Counted from the first letter of the stretch, positions 41,280 through 50,862 are shown. The stretch: DNA of 64,000 nucleotides from an uncultured Gammaproteobacteria bacterium (GCA_964408415.1 CAYOZH010000001.1:47256-111255); one strand, 5' to 3'. Notes: generated by a model from the letters alone, not told the origin. Made by a program: numbers and translations.

Positions 41280-42020
41280 TTATAATCCTTGTTCTTGAAT
41301 AATTTGTTCAAGTAATTTGGAAAAATATCTAATTTGAGGGATAATTAAATCATAATACATTCTTTTTGATCCAATTACACCAACAATTCCTTTAAGATTT
41401 TTTCCTTCAAACTCTCCCCAGACACTACCACAAACATCAAGACTTGGATCATGAAAATCATCTTCTCCAAGCATACAACGAACTTCCTCATCAATCCTCT
41501 CAAACTCATCTATAATTCTTTCCCAAAAATTTACTTCATCAAGTCGACTAAAAAGATTTCTAGAAATATCAAAGTCTAAAAACTCTGGTTGATTTAAAAG
41601 ATTAGCCAAACCAGCATAATAAACATCACCATAGTTTGTCGCAATTAAAGACAAAAGTCCAGTTCTTTGAGATAAAACTTTTGCTGATTGATAAAGTAAT
41701 CGATGAGTCTCATTTCTTTCATCCCAGATACTATTTTTATAAGCCACCTCATCAGTAGTAGATAATTCTTTTTGTTTCATTAAATTTTTTATATAAAATC
41801 TAAAACCTTTGGCAGATGGAATTCGACCTGAAGAAAAATGAGTTTTTTTCAAATAACCTTTTTTTGCTAACTCAACCATCTCGTTGCGAATTGTTGCTGG
41901 AGAAACTCCAAGCTTATACTTTTTTTCCAATATTTCGCTACCAACTGGTTCACCAGTCTCAGTATATTCTTTAATAATTACTTTTAAAATATCTATTTGC
42001 CTTTGAGTTAGGTCTTCCAT
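41280..42020 (-). CDS. hrcA: heat-inducible repressor HrcA (short form)
   Basis: The N-terminal wHTH (LTQRQIDILKVIIKEY..GEPVGSE...SPATIRNEM) matches HrcA. 246 aa, shorter than the usual ~340. Confidence 0.8.
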   Translation of the reverse strand: MEDLTQRQIDILKVIIKEYTETGEPVGSEILEKKYKLGVSPATIRNEMVELAKKGYLKKTHFSSGRIPSAKGFRFYIKNLMKQKELSTTDEVAYKNSIWDERNETHRLLYQSAKVLSQRTGLLSLIATNYGDVYYAGLANLLNQPEFLDFDISRNLFSRLDEVNFWERIIDEFERIDEEVRCMLGEDDFHDPSLDVCGSVWGEFEGKNLKGIVGVIGSKRMYYDLIIPQIRYFSKLLEQIIQEQGL

Positions 42021-42050
42021 AGTTGAATTTAAAAAATAATAACAACTATA

Positions 42051-42077
42051 TTAGCAAATATACAATAACTCTGCTAA
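42051..42077. promoter_or_regulatory. CIRCE-like inverted repeat (HrcA operator candidate)
   Basis: TTAGCAAAT-ATACAATAA-CTCTGCTAA has the same 27-nt geometry as the CIRCE consensus TTAGCACTC-N9-GAGTGCTAA. The outer TTAGCA/TGCTAA arms are perfect. Confidence 0.6.
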
Positions 42078-42085
42078 TCTGTCAA
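42057..42085 (-). promoter_or_regulatory. sigma-70-type promoter of the hrcA-grpE-dnaK-dnaJ operon
   Basis: The minus strand reads TTGACA-17 nt-TATATT, overlapping the CIRCE-like element. Confidence 0.6.
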
Positions 42086-42098
42086 GAGGATTTTTTGC

Positions 42099-42104
42099 TA
42101 TAAT
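42099..42104 (+). promoter_or_regulatory. -10 box (TATAAT) 6 nt upstream of the NUDIX ATG
   Basis: TATAAT-TTAGTT-ATG with no SD. Confidence 0.4.
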
Positions 42105-42110
42105 TTAGTT

Positions 42111-42518
42111 ATGTTGCAAAAATTTTATATTATTTTAGCAGTTGGCGCTTTTATAATTGATAAAAATAAACTTTTGATTGTTAAAAAATCACCTCTAGAA
42201 AAAGTTGATGCTGGTTTATGGACAATTCCTGGTGGAAAAATTGAAAAAAATGAACCAATAATTGAAGGTTTAAAAAGAGAGATAAAAGAAGAGGTCAACC
42301 TTGAAATCAACTTTTATCAATGGATTGGTGAGGATGTTTTTGAAAGTAATGGTTTTTATTTTCATGCCCAACACTTTTTGTGTAAACCGAAAAAAGCTGC
42401 CAATCAAAAAATAAAATTAGATAAAAGTTTAACAGATTATTATTGGTTAAAAAAAGAAGAAATTGAAAACTTTCAATTACCAAAAAATATTAAAAAAAGA
42501 ATTTTACAGATTTTATGA
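42111..42518 (+). CDS. NUDIX hydrolase
   Basis: Nudix box GGKIEKNEPIIEGLKREIKEEVNL. Confidence 0.85.
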   Translation: MLQKFYIILAVGAFIIDKNKLLIVKKSPLEKVDAGLWTIPGGKIEKNEPIIEGLKREIKEEVNLEINFYQWIGEDVFESNGFYFHAQHFLCKPKKAANQKIKLDKSLTDYYWLKKEEIENFQLPKNIKKRILQIL

Positions 42519-43345
42519 AACTCGGCGCTCATCAATCAATTGCAGGCGGCTATATAGAGGCATTAAAAAGAATAAAAAACATTGGTGGTAATACTTTGCA
42601 AATCTTTTCTTCATCTCCGCGTGGTTGGGGTTTTAATAAAATTGATGATAAACAAATTGCTGATTTTGTTAATTTAAAAAATCAACTAAAAATTGATCCG
42701 GTTTATTTTCATGCCTCATATTTAATAAATCTTGCTGATGAAAGAAAAATCGGTCAACTTTCTAAATTATCTTTAATTAATGAACTAAATCTTGCTTCAA
42801 AAATGAAAATAAAAGGATCTATTGTCCATTTAGGATCATATAAAAATCAAATATCAAATATAAAATATCAAATATTAATAAACAACATCAAAGAAATCTT
42901 GTCTAAAACTCCAAAAGATACTTATTTTATTATTGAAAATGCTGGAACAAGAAAAATTGGTCAAACATTAGAGGAAATCTCTCAAATTGTTAAAGATTTA
43001 GATAATCCAAGAGTTAGATTATGTTTTGACACTTGTCATTTATTTTCCAATGGCTATAAATTTGAAAATAATAAAGAATTAGATGATTTTTTAACTAAAC
43101 TTGATTCTTTAAATTTAATTAATATTTTAGAAGTCTGGCATTTAAATGATAGCCGCGATGATTTTAATTCTGGAAAAGACAGGCACGAAAATATTGGTCA
43201 AGGAAAAATTGGTATTGAAGAATTTAAAACTCTTCTTAATCATCCAAAAACCAAAAATTATCCTTTTATTATTGAAACTCCAGGCTTTAACAATCAAGGC
43301 CCAGATAAAGAAAATTTAGATATTTTAAAATCATTAATTGTATAA
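42515..43345 (+). CDS. nfo: endonuclease IV
   Basis: 276-aa TIM-barrel AP endonuclease pattern (LGAHQSIAGG, HASYLINL, HLNDS). Confidence 0.88.
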   Translation: MKLGAHQSIAGGYIEALKRIKNIGGNTLQIFSSSPRGWGFNKIDDKQIADFVNLKNQLKIDPVYFHASYLINLADERKIGQLSKLSLINELNLASKMKIKGSIVHLGSYKNQISNIKYQILINNIKEILSKTPKDTYFIIENAGTRKIGQTLEEISQIVKDLDNPRVRLCFDTCHLFSNGYKFENNKELDDFLTKLDSLNLINILEVWHLNDSRDDFNSGKDRHENIGQGKIGIEEFKTLLNHPKTKNYPFIIETPGFNNQGPDKENLDILKSLIV

Positions 43346-43346
43346 T
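43339..43346 (+). promoter_or_regulatory. extended -10 box (TGTATAAT) 6 nt upstream of the cca ATG
   Basis: TGTATAAT-TATCTC-ATG, the same TATCTCATG junction as at 14751-14759. It overlaps the nfo stop. Confidence 0.4.
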
Positions 43347-43352
43347 TATCTC

Positions 43353-44690
43353 ATGTTTAATCTACCTCAAGAAATAAAAAATATTTTTGAAGTTTTTAAA
43401 AAAAATGGTTTTGAAATTTATTTGGTAGGTGGTGCAGTCAGAGATTTTTTACTTGGAAAAACACCAACTAATTTTGACTTTACTACTAATGCTCTACCTC
43501 CTCAAATTCAAAAACTTTTTTCCAAATCATTTTACAACAACAATTATGGCACTGTTTCAATTCCTTTAAAATCAAATACTATTGTTGAAATTACTCCTTT
43601 TAGAAAAGAATCAGACTATCAAGACTATCGTCATCCAGAAAAAATCGATTGGGCAAAAACATTAGAAGAAGATCTTTCTCGGCGAGATTTTACTATTAAT
43701 GCCATTGCTTTTGATGGAAAAAAAATTATTGATCATTTTCAAGGACAAGATGATTTAAAAAATAAAATTATTAAAACTGTTGGTGATCCTGATAAAAGAT
43801 TTTCTGAAGATGCTTTAAGATTAATAAGAGCAATTAGATTTGCTTCACAACTAGGATTTTTAATTGAAGAAAAAACTCGCCGATCAATTGAAAAAAATAG
43901 TCAACTAATTACCAAAATTTCCTGGGAAAGAATCAGAGATGAATTTTTAAAAATTTTAAAAAGCGATCATCCCTCTGAAGGAGTTTTATTTTTAAGAAAT
44001 ACAAAACTTTTAAAATATATTTTACCAGAACTTGATATTTGCTTTACCATCCCACAAAAAAGCCCAAAGCGCCATCATATCTACGATGTTGGTACTCATT
44101 TAGTAATGTCATTAAAATATTGTCCATCAAAAGATGAAATCACTCGTTTTGCCACTTTAATTCATGATATAGGAAAAGCCAAAACTTTTAAAAAAGACGA
44201 AAAAACCGGCTTAATCACTTTTTATAATCACGAAGTTATTGGTAAAAAATTAGCAGAAAAAATCGCTGATAGATTTAAACTTTCCAATAAACAAAAAGAA
44301 AAATTAGTACGTTTAGTTCAATATCATCAATTTACTGTTTCAGAAATCCAAACCGATAAAGCAATTAGAAGGTTTATCAGACAAGTTAGTAAAGAATATC
44401 TTCAAGATATTTTAGATCTTCGTGTTGGTGATAGAGTTGGTTCAGGAGCTAAACCAACCTCTTGGCGATTTGAACTTTTTAAAAAAAGATTAATTGAAGT
44501 TCAAAAACAACCATTTAAAATCACTGATCTTAAAATTAATGGTAATGAAATAATGAAAATTTTAAATATTAAGCCTGGTCCAAAAGTTGGTGAGGTTTTA
44601 AAAAAATTGTTTGATGATGTTGTTAATAAAAAAATAGAAAATAAAAAAGAAGTTTTAATTGAAGAAGTTAAACGCTTAAATAATATTTAA
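43353..44690 (+). CDS. cca: CCA-adding tRNA nucleotidyltransferase with HD domain
   Basis: LVGGAVRDFLLG, RRDFTINA and the HD motif (LIHDIGK). The ATG at 43353 is preferred over the track's TTG at 43338. Confidence 0.85.
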   Translation: MFNLPQEIKNIFEVFKKNGFEIYLVGGAVRDFLLGKTPTNFDFTTNALPPQIQKLFSKSFYNNNYGTVSIPLKSNTIVEITPFRKESDYQDYRHPEKIDWAKTLEEDLSRRDFTINAIAFDGKKIIDHFQGQDDLKNKIIKTVGDPDKRFSEDALRLIRAIRFASQLGFLIEEKTRRSIEKNSQLITKISWERIRDEFLKILKSDHPSEGVLFLRNTKLLKYILPELDICFTIPQKSPKRHHIYDVGTHLVMSLKYCPSKDEITRFATLIHDIGKAKTFKKDEKTGLITFYNHEVIGKKLAEKIADRFKLSNKQKEKLVRLVQYHQFTVSEIQTDKAIRRFIRQVSKEYLQDILDLRVGDRVGSGAKPTSWRFELFKKRLIEVQKQPFKITDLKINGNEIMKILNIKPGPKVGEVLKKLFDDVVNKKIENKKEVLIEEVKRLNNI

Positions 44691-44719
44691 AAAATGTAGA
44701 GACGCAATTAACCACATCT

Positions 44720-45349
44720 CTATAGACTATAAAAATCCAAAATATTCTTTTCATCTTTGACTGTTGTTTCCTCTCCATGCCCAGGATAAATTATTATGTC
44801 ACTTGGTAATTTTAAAATTTGTTCTATTGATTTTTTTAAATCAATTTTATTTGAATATGAAAAATCATATCGACCAATAGAGTCTTTAAACAAAGTATCA
44901 CCAGTAAAAATAACTTTTTCTTTTTCAAAATAAAAACAAACTCCTCCTGGAGTATGACCAGGAGAAAATAAAATGTGAAAAGTAAAACGTGAAACGTGGA
45001 ACTTTTTTATATTTTTGTTAAAATACTTAATATTTTGAGGTTTAAAAATAACTGGATTATAACCCAGAAAATATTTTGCCGTCTCCTCTAATCTATCCAA
45101 AAGAAACTCATCTTTTTTATTGATGTATAAAGGCACATTAAAAGATTTTTGAATCTCGCCAACTGCCATTAGATGATCAAAATGTCCATGAGTCGCTAAC
45201 ATTGCTAATAAATTTAATCTTCTTCTTTGTAACTCCTCAATAATAAATGAAGCCTCATCAGCTGGATCAATTATCAAACAATTTTCATCTTTTATTAAAA
45301 AATAACAATTTGCCTGAAGTTGACCTAAGGAATATTTCAAAATTTTCAT
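44720..45349 (-). CDS. MBL-fold metallo-hydrolase
   Basis: THGHFDH, PGHTPGG, GDTLF and PGHG motifs. Confidence 0.85.
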   Translation of the reverse strand: MKILKYSLGQLQANCYFLIKDENCLIIDPADEASFIIEELQRRRLNLLAMLATHGHFDHLMAVGEIQKSFNVPLYINKKDEFLLDRLEETAKYFLGYNPVIFKPQNIKYFNKNIKKFHVSRFTFHILFSPGHTPGGVCFYFEKEKVIFTGDTLFKDSIGRYDFSYSNKIDLKKSIEQILKLPSDIIIYPGHGEETTVKDEKNILDFYSL

Positions 45350-46212
45350 TTATTTTTTCTTTTTTCCAACCAAACTAATATTGGTGTGGCAACAAAAGGT
45401 GAAGAATAAGTTCCAATAATTGTACCAATTAAAAGCGATAAGGCAAAAAATCTAATTGTTGAGCCACCTAAAATTACCAGTGCCAAAAGCATAAAAATAA
45501 TCGTCATTGAGTTATTTAATGATCTTACCATTGTTTCAGTCAACGCTTTATTAGCAAAATACTCAATATCATTTTTTCCTTCATTTTGAAAATACTCTCT
45601 AATTTTATCAAAAATAACAATTGTATCATGAACAGAAAAAGACATTGTTGTTAAAACAGCGGTAACAAACATCGTATCAAACTCTGCGCCAAAAAAATGA
45701 GAAATTAAAGAATAACTTCCAAACAAAACAAAAATATCATGGATCATCGCTAAAATTCCAGCCAAAGCATAGTTTAATCCTTTAAAAGCAAAACTCATAT
45801 AAATCAAAATTCCAACTATAGCTAAAATTGAAGCAATAACTGTCTTTTTTATTGTTTCACTACTTAAAGAAGGACCAACTGTTTCTGATTTTAAAACAGT
45901 TAAATTAGTTTTTAGATTTTTTTCTAAATTTTTTTTAAGACTATCTAAATTTTTATTATCAGTTGAGTTTAATTTTATTGAAATTATTTGCCCATTTACA
46001 TCAACAAAATTAAAGTTAATCTTTTCTTTTTCTAAAATTTTCAATACATCTTTTTTTGTCAATTGTTTACTTGCTTTAAAATCAATATTTGTCCCACCAA
46101 CAAAATCAACTGAATAATAATATCCCCATTTTATTATTGAAAATAAACCAATACCTATAACAATAAAAGAAATTAAAAAATACAAAAATCGATATTTTAA
46201 AAAGTTAACCAT
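45346..46212 (-). CDS. secF: protein translocase subunit SecF
   Basis: A six-TM SecF pattern following secD. The ATG at 46212 is preferred so it does not overlap the secD 3' end. Confidence 0.88.
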   Translation of the reverse strand: MVNFLKYRFLYFLISFIVIGIGLFSIIKWGYYYSVDFVGGTNIDFKASKQLTKKDVLKILEKEKINFNFVDVNGQIISIKLNSTDNKNLDSLKKNLEKNLKTNLTVLKSETVGPSLSSETIKKTVIASILAIVGILIYMSFAFKGLNYALAGILAMIHDIFVLFGSYSLISHFFGAEFDTMFVTAVLTTMSFSVHDTIVIFDKIREYFQNEGKNDIEYFANKALTETMVRSLNNSMTIIFMLLALVILGGSTIRFFALSLLIGTIIGTYSSPFVATPILVWLEKRKNK

Positions 46213-46219
46213 ATTTAAA

Positions 46220-47521
46220 TTATTTTTTTGATTTATAAAATAACTCAATTAACTTCTTAGTAATCACCACTCCTGTAAATAAACTGGTAGCAACACCAAT
46301 CGCCAATGTCAAAGCAAAGCCTCGCACCATTCCAAACTGTGGTAAAAACTCCCAATTAGCTGGATTAAACAAAATAAAAGCAACGGTCAATGTCGTAATA
46401 TTAGCATCTTTAATCGCATCAATCGCTCTTCCAAAGCCAAGCTTAATCGCAATTTCCAAATCTTTCCCTTTTCTTAATTCTTCTTTAATTCTTTCAAAAA
46501 TTAAAATATTTGAATCAACAGCCATACCAATTGATAGTATAAATCCTGCCACTCCAGGCAAAGTTAAAGTCACTGGTATTAATTTAAAAATCGCTAAACT
46601 AATCGTTCCGTAGATAATCAATGCTAATGAGGCAATTATTCCTAATTTTCCATAATATAAAATCATAAAAACTAAAACCGCTATTAACCCAACTATTCCT
46701 GCATAAACGCTTTTTTTAACCTCGATTTCACCAAGTGACGGACCAATATCTTTCTGTTCAATTAATTTTACATTAACAGGCAAAGCGCCAGAATTTATAG
46801 ATATTGCTAATTTTTTAGCATCGTCAACATTAAAATTACCCGTAATCACTGCATTACCATCAGCAATCTCTTGTTGGACAATCGGAGCAGTAATTATCTG
46901 ATTGTCAATAACAATTGCTAAAGGTTTTTTAATATTTCTTTTGGTAATTTCGGCAAAAAGTTTTGCTCCTTTCTCATTAAACAATAATGCTACCTCAGGC
47001 TTTCCATCTTGTTGATTAAAAACAACTGAGGCTTTTTTAATATCTTTACCCGTAAGCTCAGTTGGAATAAATGTTGCTGTTGGAGTCGCATCTTTTTCAT
47101 TAATTATTTTTTCTTCCATAAAAACAAGTTGAGCAGTTTTTCCAATTAATTTAATTGCTTCATTAACATCTTTTATTCCCGGTAAATCAACAACAATTCG
47201 ATAGTTTTGCCCTGTTTTTAATGTTTGCACTGTTGGCTCGCTAATACCAAAAAAATTCACTCGCTTCTCAATAATATCTCGAGCAGACTCAATTGCATCG
47301 TTTAAATCTTCTTTCTTAATACTATTAGTATCAACATCAAAAACTAAATGACTACCACCTTTTAAATCAAGACCAAGACTAGTTTTTATTTCTTTTTTAA
47401 AACCAAAAATATTTATTGATTTAGGAATATTGTATTTATCTTTAATTGACTCAGGAAGATCTATCCATAAAATAAAAAAAAAGATAATAATAAAAATAAA
47501 TATTTTAAAAGTACTTTTCAT
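46220..47521 (-). CDS. secD: protein translocase subunit SecD
   Basis: 433 aa with a periplasmic-type P1 domain plus a C-terminal 5-TM bundle (GMAVDSNILIFERIKEE). Confidence 0.9.
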   Translation of the reverse strand: MKSTFKIFIFIIIFFFILWIDLPESIKDKYNIPKSINIFGFKKEIKTSLGLDLKGGSHLVFDVDTNSIKKEDLNDAIESARDIIEKRVNFFGISEPTVQTLKTGQNYRIVVDLPGIKDVNEAIKLIGKTAQLVFMEEKIINEKDATPTATFIPTELTGKDIKKASVVFNQQDGKPEVALLFNEKGAKLFAEITKRNIKKPLAIVIDNQIITAPIVQQEIADGNAVITGNFNVDDAKKLAISINSGALPVNVKLIEQKDIGPSLGEIEVKKSVYAGIVGLIAVLVFMILYYGKLGIIASLALIIYGTISLAIFKLIPVTLTLPGVAGFILSIGMAVDSNILIFERIKEELRKGKDLEIAIKLGFGRAIDAIKDANITTLTVAFILFNPANWEFLPQFGMVRGFALTLAIGVATSLFTGVVITKKLIELFYKSKK

Positions 47522-47522
47522 A

Positions 47523-48098
47523 TTATTTCATTAATTCATCCTCGCTACCATAAAGCATAATTTTTGGTTGTTTTAAAAATCTCCAAATAAATGGATCATT
47601 GTTTTTTTTACGATATTTTAATTCTTCTTCTGTCATCACTGTATAATTTATTGGTCGACCATATTGCTTTTCCGCTTCAGCAATAAGCCCTTCAACCTCA
47701 GCGACAACAATCACGCCAACAAAAAGTAAATAAATCTCATCTTCTTTTATTTCAATATTTTTAGGATATTTTGTTGATAAGGCAATATATTTAATTTTTC
47801 CAATTCTTGATAAATTTTGATAAATTAATGTTGATAAATAATTAGTTTTTGCAAATATTCTTAAAAATTCTTCATAAAAAATATAGTTTTTATTTAAAGT
47901 GTAATAAACTTTATTTAATCTTTTTTCTCGCAAAAGTAATTTTTCTTCAGTTAAAATATCAAGTTCGCGTTTTACTGCATTGACCTCTTCTCCTACTTCT
48001 CGAACTACTTTTCTTACATAATAATTTTCATTTGGATGATGATAAAAAAGCTCCAAAATCTTTCTTCTTGCTTTTGATGGGATAATATGATCTAACAT
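47523..48098 (-). CDS. winged-helix DNA-binding protein (putative regulator)
   Basis: N-terminal ArsR-like wHTH (ARRKILELF...YVRKVVREVGEEVNAVKRELDILTEEKLL). The C-terminal domain is of unknown function. Confidence 0.45.
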   Translation of the reverse strand: MLDHIIPSKARRKILELFYHHPNENYYVRKVVREVGEEVNAVKRELDILTEEKLLLREKRLNKVYYTLNKNYIFYEEFLRIFAKTNYLSTLIYQNLSRIGKIKYIALSTKYPKNIEIKEDEIYLLFVGVIVVAEVEGLIAEAEKQYGRPINYTVMTEEELKYRKKNNDPFIWRFLKQPKIMLYGSEDELMK

Positions 48099-48099
48099 T

Positions 48100-49269
48100 T
48101 TAATAATTTACTTTATTACCAATTGGTAATATCTCAACCCAAATTGGTCCACGAACTAAACTAATTTCATTACCAGCTTCATCATAAAATTTTATCTGAT
48201 TTTCTTCATTTGTTTTTTTCCAAGTTCCCTTAATCACTTTACCATCTTGAAAAAATAATCCTTCACCACTACCAACTATCTTATAAATCAAATGACCACC
48301 TTCATATCCATCATTAGCTGGTGATTCTTTAGCAAAAACAATCATCACATTTTTTGCTGAAATTTGTTTACCAGTATTTTTATCAATATGAGGCTTGCCA
48401 CCATTAACTCGCAAATACTGATTATTATTTTTATCATAATTCCAAACAACACTAAAATCTGAAGCTAAATTATCCCAAAAACCAAAATCGATTTTTGCAA
48501 TATTACCTCTTTGATCTATTTTTGCATCATCTTTAAATGACCATTTTTGAAAATTTTTATCCCAAGAAACACCATCTTCATCAACATTAGTTAATTTTCT
48601 TTTATCTTTTGCATACTGCCAAAGTTTTGTTGTTGATGAATAAACTGTATGTTCTGTAGCTCTATTTGGCAATCTCTCATAATCTCGCCAAAAATATGGA
48701 AATGGTACTGAAAATTGATTTAAATCATTATAACCAGCCCAACCAAGATCTCTTATCTCACCTAAAGCATCAGCTGGACCAGGAGTATTAGCTCCACCAA
48801 CATGAGCATATAAAGGATAATTGCCAAAACCTTGTAAAAGTTTTATAAAATAGATTCTTGTTGATCTTATTGGACCAATATAAGAGGCGTCTTGACAATA
48901 AAAAACTGATAAAAATCTTGTGATTCCTCCCTCAGCCACTGCCTCAAAAACCACATCAGCTGAAGATAATCCTGATTGTGGTCTAGCCTCAACATGATTT
49001 TCAATCATTACCCCTAATGGCCTTATTGTTTCCCATTTTTGCTTTTGAGATTTTGAATAAAAAGCGCCGTTTATTGGACATTCTTCAGTTTTTGGTTCAT
49101 TATTTAAATTTTCCTCTGAATTACTACCATTTTTAGGAGGTTGATAATTTGAAAGCGGAGAAAAAATATTACCACCCTCAGTTTTTGAGGAAAAAACTGA
49201 GTAAGAACCAATTAAAGAAAAAATAAAAACTAAAATAATGACAATCCAAGCAGTTTTTTTTGGTATCAT
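48100..49269 (-). CDS. DUF3048-family secreted/lipoprotein-like protein
   Basis: Signal anchor, then RPLGVMIENHVEARPQSGLSSADVVFEAVAEGGITRFLSVF, the pattern I associate with DUF3048 (YerB-like). Confidence 0.65.
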   Translation of the reverse strand: MIPKKTAWIVIILVFIFSLIGSYSVFSSKTEGGNIFSPLSNYQPPKNGSNSEENLNNEPKTEECPINGAFYSKSQKQKWETIRPLGVMIENHVEARPQSGLSSADVVFEAVAEGGITRFLSVFYCQDASYIGPIRSTRIYFIKLLQGFGNYPLYAHVGGANTPGPADALGEIRDLGWAGYNDLNQFSVPFPYFWRDYERLPNRATEHTVYSSTTKLWQYAKDKRKLTNVDEDGVSWDKNFQKWSFKDDAKIDQRGNIAKIDFGFWDNLASDFSVVWNYDKNNNQYLRVNGGKPHIDKNTGKQISAKNVMIVFAKESPANDGYEGGHLIYKIVGSGEGLFFQDGKVIKGTWKKTNEENQIKFYDEAGNEISLVRGPIWVEILPIGNKVNY

Positions 49270-49293
49270 AAAAAATATTTAAAATTTTAACAA

Positions 49294-49737
49294 TTAACTA
49301 CTTTTTTCAATTGCTTGTTTTTCTTCGTCTGACAATTCATACTCTTCACCTTTCCCTTGACTAACTTTTTTTGTATAAACTCTTAATCCTTCTTTTGTAT
49401 AAATAAAATTTAAAATCAAACCACTATTTTCTTTATTAAGCAAAGCAATAACAAAACTTTGTTTTCCTCCAGTTTTATCAAATGGATTGTATCTAATTAA
49501 ACCAATTTTTTGAAAATAATATCTTGATAAATTGATTTGATTTTGTAACTCTTGTTTTATAAAACCAATGTCTTTTTCTATTTTAACATCTTTTTCTAGT
49601 AACAAGTCTAAAATCTCATCTAATTTTTCTTTTTTTGTTTTTGATATTAAGTTTTGATAATGATTTTTTAGCTTAACAAAAAAATAGCTCAAAACAAAAA
49701 GCCAGATAAAAAAAATAATATTGACTAAATTTACCAT
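49294..49737 (-). CDS. DUF4446-like membrane-anchored protein
   Basis: N-terminal TM, a coiled segment and YNPFDKTGGKQSFVIALLN, a motif recalled from DUF4446. Confidence 0.55.
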   Translation of the reverse strand: MVNLVNIIFFIWLFVLSYFFVKLKNHYQNLISKTKKEKLDEILDLLLEKDVKIEKDIGFIKQELQNQINLSRYYFQKIGLIRYNPFDKTGGKQSFVIALLNKENSGLILNFIYTKEGLRVYTKKVSQGKGEEYELSDEEKQAIEKSS

Positions 49738-49799
49738 TATTTACATTCTATAAAATTTGCATTCTTTGTGTCAATGTGTTTATAATGTTAACATAACTT

Positions 49800-50069
49800 A
49801 TGCCTAAAAAAACTAGAAAAGAAAAAATTATCGCCCAATATCGAAAAAAAATAAAACTTCTTAATCAACAAACCAATCACTCTTTAACTGAAAAAAAATT
49901 ATTAGAAAAACAACATAATGTAAAAAAAATAGAAGAAAATAACAATCTAAATAAAAATAACTCCTCTGATAATAAATATTTTTTTAATGATCTAAAAAAA
50001 AGTTTAATAATAACCTTTTTGATAATTGCTCTTGAAATCAGCTTGTATTTTGCTAATCTTATTAAATAA
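49800..50069 (+). CDS. hypothetical protein (basic N-terminus, C-terminal TM)
   Basis: 89-aa ORF preceded by a TTGCAT-18-TATAAT promoter-like sequence. No recognisable family. Confidence 0.45.
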   Translation: MPKKTRKEKIIAQYRKKIKLLNQQTNHSLTEKKLLEKQHNVKKIEENNNLNKNNSSDNKYFFNDLKKSLIITFLIIALEISLYFANLIK

Positions 50070-50109
50070 AATCCGACTTTACGGATAAAGAAAGGAGGTG
50101 ATAAAAAAT

Positions 50110-50253
50110 ATGGCTACAATGTATTGCGTAAAATGTCGAGCTAAAAAAGAAGTCGCCAATCCAGAAAAAGTCACTATGAAAAATGGTAAACCAGCAATGA
50201 AAGCAAAATGTCCAGATTGCGGAACAGGAATGTATAAAATTGGAGCGGCATAA
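50110..50253 (+). CDS. small zinc-ribbon protein (CxxC...CxxC, DUF5679-like)
   Basis: Not in the ORF track. Hand translation gives MATMYCVKCRAKKEVANPEKVTMKNGKPAMKAKCPDCGTGMYKIGAA. It is preceded by a strong SD (AGGAGG at 50093-50098) and followed by a palindromic terminator. Confidence 0.65.
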   Translation: MATMYCVKCRAKKEVANPEKVTMKNGKPAMKAKCPDCGTGMYKIGAA

Positions 50254-50282
50254 TATTTTGTTTAAACAAGATATCAAAAAAC

Positions 50283-50313
50283 AAGGACAGAACTTATTTT
50301 AAGTTCTGTCCTT
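50283..50313. terminator. palindrome family B copy acting as a probable bidirectional intrinsic terminator
   Basis: AAGGACAGAACTTATTTTAAGTTCTGTCCTT lies between convergent genes. There is a T-run after the stem on both strands (plus: ATTATTTT; minus: GTTTTTTG). Confidence 0.6.
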
Positions 50314-50319
50314 ATTATT

Positions 50320-50862
50320 TTAATCTTTTAAAAGTTTAAAAGTAGCAATTTTTTTATAAATTGGTTTTTTATCTGTTAAAATACTTTCAAATAAAAATAT
50401 CTCTTCAACTGGAAAAGAAATATTAATTCTTGTTCTTGATAATTTTCTTTGTAAAGCAAAATACTGTTGTTTTGAAGACTTACTACTTCTTGCTAAAGTT
50501 AAATGAGGAATAAATTTTTTTTGTGAAATTGAGTTTTGATCAAAATTATTTTTGACTATCATTGCTAATTGCTCAATCTTTTTTTCTCTTTGAAAAGTTA
50601 GATATGTTACCAATTTGTTATGAACAAAAACATCTAAATTTAAAGAATAAAGATAAAAAGCGGATTGATCCCACAACAAATCATTAATTTTTTTAATAAT
50701 CTTTTTAGTGTCTTGTCTTTCGCCAAAAAAGTAGATGGTAATATGAAAATTTTCTGGAGTTACCCAGTTAAATTGAGGATATTGTTTTTTTAATTCTGTA
50801 ATTTGCCTTTCTAATTTTATTTTTTCTTTTTCCGGCAAATCAATTGCTAAAAATAATCTCAT
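50320..50862 (-). CDS. thpR: RNA 2',3'-cyclic phosphodiesterase (LigT/ThpR, 2H family)
   Basis: Two HxT motifs (HITIYF and HLTLAR). Confidence 0.8.
   Translation of the reverse strand: MRLFLAIDLPEKEKIKLERQITELKKQYPQFNWVTPENFHITIYFFGERQDTKKIIKKINDLLWDQSAFYLYSLNLDVFVHNKLVTYLTFQREKKIEQLAMIVKNNFDQNSISQKKFIPHLTLARSSKSSKQQYFALQRKLSRTRINISFPVEEIFLFESILTDKKPIYKKIATFKLLKD

Noticed and set aside
44975-45002. 7-nt periodic GTGAAAA GTAAAAC GTGAAAC GTGGAAC inside the MBL hydrolase gene
   Set aside because: The encoded FHVSRFTFH fits the normal beta-strand preceding the PGHTPG motif, with no clear insertion relative to the family layout.
50062-50277. 71-aa minus-strand ORF (MISCLNKILCRS...)
   Set aside because: It is antisense to a much better supported small zinc-ribbon gene that has an SD and a terminator. 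Its composition is Cys/Phe-rich junk.
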